Part shown: piece after piece, positions 21,676 to 64,000 of the stretch
How the letters are laid out: each line of letters opens with the position of its first letter
Numbering within the stretch: position 1 is the first letter of the stretch
Origin: Amoebidium appalachense
Lineage: Eukaryota; Protista; Ichthyosporea
Assembly (NCBI GenBank): GCA_963693365.1
Contig: CAVNZM010000010.1
Span: 9,196,554 to 9,260,553 of the forward strand
Reading direction: 5' to 3'
DNA length: 64,000 nucleotides
The notes under the pieces: model-generated
The model's input: only the letters and a program-made list of their open reading frames with translations
Databases searched by the model: none
Told to the model about the DNA's origin: nothing
Made by a program: the position numbers and the translations under genes

Positions 21676-22120
21676 ACAGAAGTCTTAAGTTATTTTTCCC
21701 TGGCGCTCAGAAGAACCTTTCGACATAAAACACACGGGTAGGTGGTGTATAAGAAGCTGGTATTAGTACTAGAATTCATTTTTCCCTGGCGCTCAGAAGA
21801 ACCTTTCGACAGTAAAACACACGGGTAGGTGGTGTATAAGAAGCTGGTATTAGTACTAGAATTCTAGTACTAGTACTAGAATTCTAGTACTAGAATTCTA
21901 GTACTAATACCAGCTTCTTATACACCACCTACCCGTGTGTTTTACTGTCGAAAGGTTCTTCCTTTCGACAGTAAAACACACGGGTAGGTGGTGTATAAGA
22001 AGCTGGTATTAGTACTAGAATTCTAGTACTAATACCAGCTTCTTATACACCACCTACCCGTGTGTTTTACTGTCGAAAGGTTCTTCTGAGCGCCAGGGAA
22101 AAATAACTTAAGACTTCTGT
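21676..22120. repeat. Nested 5-arm inverted repeat (fwd, fwd, rev, fwd, rev) around TAGTACTAGAATTCTAGTACTA palindromes
   Basis: Arms 21676-21777, 21778-21864, 21892-21960 (rc), 21961-22023, 22018-22120 (rc); near-identical. Confidence 0.9.
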
Positions 22121-23134
22121 TAGTCTAGAATGATTCGCCAAACTCCATATACACATTCCCTTCCCCAATAAAACACATTCCGGAATCCCCCGTCATCAAT
22201 AGATGAAAATATACTGTAGCACCTTGTTAATCCAATATTTATCTCGAGAGTGGTTAGATAAACAGTATACGCTACATGGCAACTACACTTGAGGTAAAAT
22301 TCCTCCGTCGATTATATATTTGCCCCAGTATGAAGTTATTTAGAAGCTGTGCGTCACTAGTTACCTAAAGACACAGTCCACAGATGTATACACACAGACA
22401 GAAAACAGATATCCAGAGATCAGAGGAAAAGAGATGGCAAAAACGACTTGGATAAAAGTTTTCGAATTACGCTTTACTAAATTACTATTTCGGTATCAAA
22501 AGTAGGATATATTTACGCAGCCTTCATACTAAAGTTTAGCTCGAGAAGGCTGCAAGGCAACATAGCCTGTGTTTTTTATTTATTTTTTATTTTTTATTTT
22601 TTTCAATATGACTTCATTGAAGAACTCTTCAAACCGTGTGTCATATTAATCTTGTGCCATAATACTGAGTCAGTGGGGCTGCGGTTATTTATAGCGTGTG
22701 GGCGTGAAAGTTCTTTGATAGCCTCGGTGAAGAAGCTCTTTGCAATTCCCACGCAATCAGCCCACTGAGACTGGCCGTACTTGGGTTTCTATTGCAACGT
22801 ACCAGGGGATACACAACCGAGTGTTTGCTATCGACACACCGTTACCAGACAAACTGTACAGTACTACGACAACCACTGATAAGTCTAAAAAAACTAGTGT
22901 CTGGGACCTGTGGGTGACTTGGTAAGTTACTGAGGGTAACTAGTAGTGCACGTGACTGCTCGAGAGCCGTGGCACTTGTGCTCTGTGCCGCCACGGTTCG
23001 AATCGAACAGGGCCCATGCCAAACGGTTTGCCTATGCCATGTGTTGAGTCAAATCAGACCGTATGAACACTAATATAAGGCTACCAAACAAGCCTTAGGC
23101 ACTGTAGCAATACACAACTACATAGACTGCAAGT

Positions 23135-37730
<14,596 letters not shown>

Positions 37731-38589
37731 TCGAATTATGCTGTAGTATGAGCACAAAAACTAGATGTATGAAACTTTGTGCCCAATCAAAGAAACAAAG
37801 CCCTTGAAGTGCATGGCGTTGAATTCTGAAGATATCTAAGTAAAGTTGAATTGAAACCTGCTGAACCGCACTACTACTAATAGTTATTAAAACGGTTACT
37901 ATCCATAATGATTAATTTCATCGCGAGATATATTTCGATTAAAAGGCCTGCTTATTTGCTTGTAAATTCACAGTTTGAGGTTTCGACTCCGCAAGGAAGC
38001 AGTAAGTATCTGGATCTGTTATCAACCACAGAAATTCAAAGGCCCCTCCAACTTGAACTGCATGCTTTCCAAGCCCTCTTGTTGGCAGTACGAGCCCATA
38101 CTTGGATATTTGGAGTTCTGAAGTTTAATTACTTAGTTTAATTAAAGTACCGTGTTGAATATATGGAATATCTGGATGTCCTACCTGCTTTGAAAAAGAA
38201 ATCGGGGATGGGGGAGCGGGGAGTGGGTGTGTGTGTGGGGGAAGGGGGGGGGGGGGGGGGGGGGGGGGACGGGCTTTCACATCATTTCGAACCTGGGGAA
38301 ACATTTCCACCCAAGTCTTTGAAACAAATGTCCGACACATGTATGTACACTGTGACGACCAATTGAAGGGTGTGGGTTGCATGTCCAGAGTCTTTTGACC
38401 ATCAACCCGGGTCCAGCAACTGAAACAAATGGAGAGAGGCGGTTTTTCTTTTTTTGTAACTGTTTTTAATTTGGGGTGGGGGAAGAGGGGAGGGGGAGGG
38501 GGGGAGGGGAGATAGAGAGGGCGATTCATCTTTCATTTATATGCTAACAACATAACTCGGTTTCGGGGATTCTTGAGATCAGTGCATTT

Positions 38590-39085
38590 CTACGATATAA
38601 CGAGTTGTACATGCGGTGATACCTGACAGTGTGTACCTGCGATATATTAGGTTGTGGTGATATCCGTATATCTACAATGTAATAAGTTGTGCATGTGGTG
38701 ATAGGGGGGTTTACACACTTTTTATTGCGTGGACATTGCCGGAGGCCCAGCCACATTCGACGGCCTACTGCGTTTTCCAGCACAGCCAGTCCTGTATACC
38801 TGCGATCTAATAAAGTTGTGGTGATCTCCGTATATCTACGATATATAATAAGTTGTGCATGTGGTGATACCTGTATACTTAAGCTTGCGATAAGTTGTGG
38901 TGTTTTGCGTATATCTACGATTCAATAACTCGCGGTGATAGCGGTATATCTACAATACAATAAGTTGTGGTGATATCCGTATATCTACGATGATCCAAGT
39001 CGCAGTGATACCAGTATTTCTCAGATATATCAATTGCAGTGATGTTCGTATATCTACGACGTAATAAATCGCCGTACATCTACAT
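38590..39085. repeat. Degenerate about 30-35-bp tandem array (AAGTTGTGGTGATATCCGTATATCTAC family)
   Basis: Repeated GTGATATCCGTATATCTAC cores; related to 20781-20886. Confidence 0.75.
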
Positions 39086-39458
39086 ACGATACACACACTC
39101 ACGGGCACGGGCACGGGCACAGACGTGTGCACACAGTACCGTGCGTGTCTGCATTGAAGACTACGCTTTTACTGTACACGTGCTATACAGTGGAGATCTA
39201 ATAAGTATAAGGTGGCATCGTTTGCATGCCCAAACAACACACACACACACACCAGTCTAAACGGTCATGTATCGCCAAATGTAGTTTGATAGGCCACATA
39301 ATACCGCAACACACACACGTCACATTCACAACAGACACCCAGAAAGATAGCCTACCTAAAAATTACAACATCATTGATTTTATACTAAACACGCGAAACT
39401 ACGATCTGTTTATTAGATGTATTGATTGGCTTGAGAAACACATCATTACAAAACTCTA

Positions 39459-39569
<111 letters not shown>

Positions 39570-39947
39570 CCAGCTGATACCGAGTGTCCCAGGGGAGCCC
39601 CGAAAAAAAAAAAAAAAAAAAAAAAAAACGGGGAACCCCAACTAATTGATTTTTTTTAGTCTTTATGGTGCCTCGTAGAGAGAGTAACACGTGTAAACCC
39701 TGATATATAATCATCACCCGACAGCTATGTACGTGATCGTGATATACCGCTGAGGGGATATTCCGAGCAAACCCCCCCCATAGCTGAGACTGGTCTCTCT
39801 TTGCCTCGAGTAAACAGCGTAAACCCCCACACTGAAGACTCTACTGTTCTTGGACGGTGTCTTACAGGTCTCGACGGAGATCAGAGCAGAAGAGGATGGC
39901 CCTCCCCATGATTCTTGTGTGTGCACGTGCTGTGTGTGGGTGTATGT

Positions 39948-39979
<32 letters not shown>

Positions 39980-40263
39980 GAGGGGGGGGGGGGGGGGGGA
40001 GTGGTATGCACGGTGTGCCCCACATCTGCTGTGTGTATGTGCTTGAGTGGGTGGGCCTGGGGGGAGCGGAGGGAGGGTACTGGAAGAGGTGGACCGTGTG
40101 TATGTGCGTGAGGGGTGGCGGGGCAGAAGAAAGGGGGGGGGGGAGGGGGAGCGTGGAGAGGGGAAGCTCGAGGGGGACACGGGGACTGAAGCCTTGTACT
40201 AGGGAAGAGAAGGGAGGGTGGGGAGCGAGGGCGAAGTATGTTCGTGCTGTGCTCAACTGACGG

Positions 40264-40334
<71 letters not shown>

Positions 40335-41169
40335 GTGCTTGTTATTTGTAGGTTAACGTGGGAAGAGGGGAGGGGGATGGATCGCAAAAGTACTAGTAGA
40401 CTTGGATCATGAAAGTGCCCAAAGTGTTGTTTGCAGCGTGATGTACTGTAGGTTGACTAAAACCAAAACTTAGGGGGAACACAGGCAGTTTAAAATGAAG
40501 TGAATTCTGATAGGGGCTCAACAGGAGAAGCGGGGGGCGGGGGGGGGGGGGGGGGGGGAGGGAGGGGGTCCTATGTGCCGTAAGATTTTCCTGGGGAATT
40601 TGGAAAAGTTTAGAAAACAGAATCTTGTGAGTGGACAATCTTCTGCACGGACAAAACACTGTAAAAAATGAGCATGACCATCAAGGATACACAAGAAACA
40701 TCTTGAAATGGCATAAATAAAACAAAGAAGAAGAATAAAAGAAAACGGGGGTATGTATATCTGGTGATTAGTTATGGGGCTATATAGCTCGGTGTGAAAT
40801 TTCAACCAGCTGTTTTTTTTTCGCCGCTACCCTTTCCGGGGCCCTTTTTGGTTCTTTCCCACACGTGTATCCGATCCACGGGACCATCCCCCCCCCCCCC
40901 CCCCCCCCCGTGGGTGTGTGTCTGTGTCTGTGTGTGTGTGGGTGTGTGTGTGGGTGGGTGGATGTGTGTGCGTGTGTGCGCGTGCGTCACATGCGTTTGT
41001 ATATGTGGGAACCCGTTTGCACTCTCGAGCGCCTGTCTCCCTGTGTGTGTCCCCCCCCTTCCTCCCCCCTCCGCCCCCCAATAATGTAAATGCCATTTAG
41101 CACGTACTCAATAATATCATATTTAATCAATGCTGTGCGGTAACCGTTACTGTGTCTGTACAGTGTGTG

Positions 41170-41244
<75 letters not shown>

Positions 41245-41469
41245 CGCACCTATCTGTGTTTGTGTGCTTACACGTGCCCAGGTATGTACGTGTGCTCGAA
41301 TAACATGTAACCTAGGTCTTGGTTCACAGTGTGGCGAGCCTCCCTCCCCCCCCCCTCCCCCCCCCCCCCCCCCCCCCCCCCCACACACACACACGTCAAA
41401 ACAGGTAATTCAATTGAACTTGTGTGTGTGTGTGCGCGCGCGCGCGTGTGTGTGTGTGTGAGTGAGTGA

Positions 41470-41514
<45 letters not shown>

Positions 41515-41670
41515 GGGGAGGGGGGAGGGGAGGGAGGGGGGGGGGGGGGGGGGGGGGGGGTGTGTGAGGGGAAGGGAATTAATTAGTTCGATTTCACAGA
41601 GCCACAGTTCCAGGGCCCACGAACAGTGCAACGATTATCGATAGTCGGGCACCTCCGGGATATGTATCCT

Positions 41671-41735
41671 GGATATTCGGGATATTCGGGATATTCGGGA
41701 TATTCGGGATATTCGGGATATTCGGAATATTCGGA
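41671..41735. repeat. 9-bp tandem repeat (GGATATTCG)n about 200 bp upstream of the RAP gene start
   Basis: Directly visible, about 7 units. Confidence 0.85.
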
Positions 41736-41940
41736 ATAAGAATTGAATTGCATAGCCGAGATATAACGATCCGCATGCTGGCCCCAACGGGCTGCAGGCG
41801 TGCAGAACTGACCATTCGTGAAGACGGACACGCGTACACTTAGGCACAAAGGGGGCAGGTGGGCGCAAACACAGACACTAGGTGGGGGGCAGCATGGGGG
41901 TGCCGGGCTATTGCGCGGGGGCAGGGCGCAGCCAGCCACA

Positions 41941-53544
<11,604 letters not shown>

Positions 53545-53735
53545 GCAACCAGGGGCCACGGGGGTAGGGGGGCATATGTGCACGTAGTGGCATAGTATGT
53601 AGGGCCTAAGTTTTTGTTGCGAATAGAGGCCTGGTATTCTGAATGTAATCGTATGTTCCTGTATGCTGAATGAAGGCCCCGTGTAGAACGGCAAGCACAT
53701 ACCTGTGCACACACACGTATTCCACCGCACACACA

Positions 53736-53824
<89 letters not shown>

Positions 53825-54133
53825 CAAGATTTGTACACTAATACAAACCAGACAACAGCTGCTCTACAGACACAACATCACACGTGATATACAGCCACAC
53901 ACAGGTTTTGTGTCCACATGATGTCGACCTACACGTGTTTATGTGCATGTGCACACGTGGCTATTGGCATGTACGTGTACAGAGGCACGCCACCAGTGCA
54001 CAGGTGATGCTGCAGGCAGAGCTACATAGCTGAAGGCTGTAGAGAGCGCACACCCGCTGGGCGGGTGCGTCAACATTGTGTGAATGAATGATGTCCTTTT
54101 TTTTTTGTCTTTGGTCCTCCTCTTGCCCCCCCC

Positions 54134-54184
<51 letters not shown>

Positions 54185-54858
54185 CCCCAAAACAAACCTT
54201 ACCGAGCCACCTATTTATAGTACCCGCCCACCAGTGGGCTTCCACCACTGATGATCATTACCACCACTAAAAAAAAAAAAAAAAAAGACAAAATGTGGAC
54301 GTAAGAGCCAATCAAACAAATGGCCCTTATCTTGCGCCATCGCAAGACACCGATTGGCTCATCAATGGTGCCGTCGGAGTGGAGCTCTGTGATCCTCATG
54401 CAGGCAATATGGGTTATTGATCCGGGAATTCGGAACAATGCGTACTATGGGGTTTTTGCCAATTTGTTATGTATTAGAATGCGAGAGATGGGGGGGGTCT
54501 GTGGGATACGTTCACAATTATGTTTCCAGGCAAATGTTACGTAACCCTTAGTTAGCTTGCTGTGTGCATGCACGAGTGCAAATGAGATCAGATCCACCCT
54601 CATGCCCCCCAGTCAGCTGTGTGCTTTGTTTCATGTTGGTGTGTGTGTGTGTGTGTGGTCTACAGTTAGGAGTGAACGGTTGAGTCCTTGCATGTAAAGT
54701 GTAGCGGCAGACAGAGAGAGGGTACACATACTTTTCAACAAGTACACACTGCACGTGGTTGCATTCGCGCTTCAAGCTACACCAGAGGGTCTAATTCACG
54801 CACCAAGTAACACCAAGTTTCTTTTTTTTGGCGCAAACAACCTACTGAAACCACAGCT

Positions 54859-60937
<6,079 letters not shown>

Positions 60938-62128
60938 TGTGTGTGTGTCTAGGTGGGGTTAGGTCCTCATAAGTATATCTAGGACGGGTTAGGTGCCTGT
61001 ATCTGTGTATCTAGGATGGCCCTGATTCATATACCTAGGACGGGTTAGGTCCTAGGGTGTGTACATCTAGGAAGGCTGATGTACCACTATGTATTCGAAA
61101 AAAGGTGATATCCCAGTATGTGGATATCCAGGGAGGGTATATATATACATATATATATATTTATCCGCATGTGTATATATGTAAGAATGGACTGCCAGAC
61201 GCAGCCAAAGAATAATGCGTGGCAGACAATGAGGCCGTGGGGTTGGGGGTAACCCAATGCCTTTGGAACGGGGCGTAGTGCCCGGGGGGGGGGGGGGGTT
61301 CAAGTTTTTGTTGTTGTTGGACCGTGCGCACCAACACTAATTGTATGCGATGCCACTGCACTGGCTAGGTGGTGCATGGCTGTGCCGGGCTGGCCCTGGT
61401 GTCACGTGATTAAATATATATTGTGTGCACGTGTGAATTTCTGTGCCAGGCAGCCCTCGAGTGTGAAGTATGGTGTCCAAGCAGCAGCTAAGATGAATCC
61501 AGCAATGGTACGGATAGAGGATGATATGTGTAGAACCACTGGAGTTACCAAAGCCCGGGGGGGGGGGACGGGGATCAGCTATGAGTGATTGTATGCACTG
61601 TTTGGGTATAGTTACACACGTGAAGTTTGTTCAGACAGATCGACCAACAAATAAAACGTACACAGCACAGCAACCAAACACCAATTGCAAGTGGTGCGGA
61701 AAAGATAATTCCGAAGGGACTGCAACTGGGCATGTAGGTTAGTGTGTATATCCCAGTGCACATGCCAGGCATGGCAGAGTGGGGATATACATAAGGGGTG
61801 TGCTTTAATGATTATATCCCACCGCGTGCGTATCTGCGCACACCAGCTCATACATACATATGTGTGCCACCACAGAATCCGCACCGATTCCACCGTGCAT
61901 GGCCAAAGTGCATATGCCAGATATGGTACATTAAACACTGGGCTGTGTATCTCAGCCCATACTATGTGCATATTCCAGATATGCCGCCATAGATACACGC
62001 ACCTACGCTATCAGGGCATATCTTCTACATTACATGCGATTCCTTATTTCTTACATAAAATTCAATAGCCACAATATCACACTCGGTGGCCACCATGCGC
62101 ATGCGCGATAGAACCCTTCGAAACCATT

Positions 62129-62174
<46 letters not shown>

Positions 62175-62495
62175 GTAAACTATTTCCGTGTTATAAACAG
62201 GAACCTTAGAATTCACCTACTGAAAATCGAAACAATTTGCTCATCATTCACCTATTCAAAAATCAGCACAACCACCATCATCCATAGTCGCACCTGTTGC
62301 AGACACATACATGCCAAATTCGTCATGATACCCCCGAATTTTCATTTCAACTTTCCGCAATATATCACAAATCCACCCTGATACCCTCGAAATGTCCTTC
62401 CAACTGTCCACCATATCTCACAGGGCCTCTGCCAGCTCTGCCATGCCCACCCCGTTCTGTGCACCCCCCTGGTTGGCCTGCAGCCCATATGAGTG

Positions 62496-63902
62496 CTAGG
62501 GTGCAACGTGCAATGGGCTGGGTGGGTTGTAGTGTGGGCTGGCTGGGGAGTAGCGTGTGTCCCTGTCTCGTGCCGGTGAGTAGCTGCGCACCGAGTCTCG
62601 CCTTGGGCTGTAGTCGGAGGAGGAGTCACGGCGGCGACGGCGGCGGCAACGGTCGTACGGGGAGTAGGGGGAGCTGTATCTGCCGTCACTGTGCCTGCGC
62701 CTGGCCTGCGGGTGGCCACCTTGGCCTCGAGGGCCTCTATTCTCACCCGCAGAGCACTGGCCTCCCTCACAGCAAGCAGCACGTGCGCCCCTGCCTCCGC
62801 CTGCAGGTGTGCTCCCACCTCGCTGCGCTGCACCATGGCCCCACAGCCCCCCACGGGGCACGTGACCTGTGTGTGTGCACACTCGTCGGCCACGTGGCTG
62901 TCCAGGCGGCTGCGGGGCACCCACACCTGGCACGTGCACTGCACACGGCACGTGGTCTCGTGCTCTGCCGGGGGGGTGGACCAGTGTGTGTAAGCCGGTA
63001 GTGGGGTTGGGGTAGGGGTGTGTAGATGGGCAGGTAGGTGGCCAGTGGCCGGGGTAAAGAGGACCGGGTGGGTGGTTGCTTGGGTGAATGGGTGGGTTGG
63101 GTGTGTGGGTGGGTGGGTGGGTGGGTGGGTGGGTGGGTGGGTGGGTGGGTGGGTGGGGTTGAGAGATGGGCCTCATGGGCAGGCAGCTTGGCCCAGCAGA
63201 CGGGTGTGCAGGTGGGTGTGGAAATAATGTATAAGTGGCTATCCAGAAATGTTTTTGCTCCCACGTGCACGTGAATGTGCTTGCTGCTTCAAGCTGCGGC
63301 TAAAAACAATGCATGCGCGTGGGGCAGGCTGAGTTCCCCCCTCCCCCCTTCCCCCCTCCCCGCTCCCCCTTCCCCCTCACCTGTTATGCAAGCAATCCAA
63401 ACACGTGTGCGATGGTAAAAACGCACCTTCGAGGCAACGGGAGGGCAGCTCCTTGCCGCAGTGTGTGCAGGGCACGGGGCGGTGCGCACAGCCAAGCACG
63501 TGCGCGTCTATGTCTTCACTGGACCCTTCCACGCAGCAGCCACTGTGGGGGCTGCGGTGCTGGCTGCCTGCCACATCGCAGCCCGTGGCCCGCCAGGACG
63601 CCGAGGGTGGGTGTCTGCAGGCAGCCGGCCGCACGGTGGTCGCAGGGCAGCCGCAGGGCCGCGTGCAGCCGTTGCAGCGCCTCAGAGCGTGGCGGGCTGG
63701 CTCCAGTGCGCTGCTGGGAGCGTTTGCACGTGGGACAGGCGGAGCGGTGCCGCAAGGAGGTGGCCAGGCAGGGCGTGCAGAACAGGTGCCCGCACGACGT
63801 CTCGGACAGCTGGCCCACAGCAGGCACGCACCAGCACACGGCACACACATACTCACGTGCGCGCTCAGGGTCGCTGAAGCGCTCAGGTGCGTAGGCAACC
63901 AT
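62496..63902 (-). pseudogene. RING finger + TRAF-type zinc finger protein (TRAF/DG17-like E3), with two apparent frameshifts
   Basis: CAVC..SCGHLFCTPC..CPTC RING; TRAF Zn fingers (H..GCAHRPVPCTHC; H..ECAHTQVTCPVGGC); coiled coil. Intron 63426-62965 (GT-AG, phase 1). Frame breaks near 63555 and 62705; no MATH domain seen. May be intact if these are assembly indels. Confidence 0.75.
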
Positions 63903-64000
63903 GTTTACGCTGTGCACAAACAAGCAATGGAAGGGCAAGATCTCCCAAAAAAAGCCAAAAATACGTAAACTACCGAGGGAACTTTTGTAACTTTGTATCT

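Noticed and set aside
22967-23005. tRNA suggested by GGTTCGAATC
   Set aside because: No A-box or cloverleaf; only a local hairpin.

Overview
Eukaryotic genomic DNA, rich in introns and microsatellites ((CA/GT)n, (GA)n, (AT)n, many long poly-G/poly-C runs). The gene mix suggests an opisthokont, possibly a unicellular holozoan; this is an inference only. Most entries in the ORF track are microsatellite noise. By joining GT-AG exons by hand I find six spliced genes: (1) a single-C2H2 zinc-finger factor (-); (2) an S28 serine peptidase with a frameshift; (3) a 20-exon secreted protein with 3 jelly-roll (DUF642/CBM-like) domains and 9 Ca-binding EGF modules, with recent exon duplications and one GC-AG intron; (4) a FASTK/RAP-domain helical-repeat protein; (5) a group II PLP decarboxylase with the CSAD substrate motif; (6) a frameshifted RING/TRAF-zinc-finger gene (-). 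The best novelty candidate is a dispersed non-coding element with 6 copies. All share one 3' end abutting a poly(C) tract, they are 5'-truncated to different lengths, and they carry a multi-stem, pseudoknotted RNA fold supported by compensatory changes. This fits a poly(C)/poly(G)-targeting retroelement. Also present: a foldback MITE with AG..CT ends and a 6-bp TSD, a 5-arm nested palindrome, and introns whose acceptors have a strong branch point but no pyrimidine tract.
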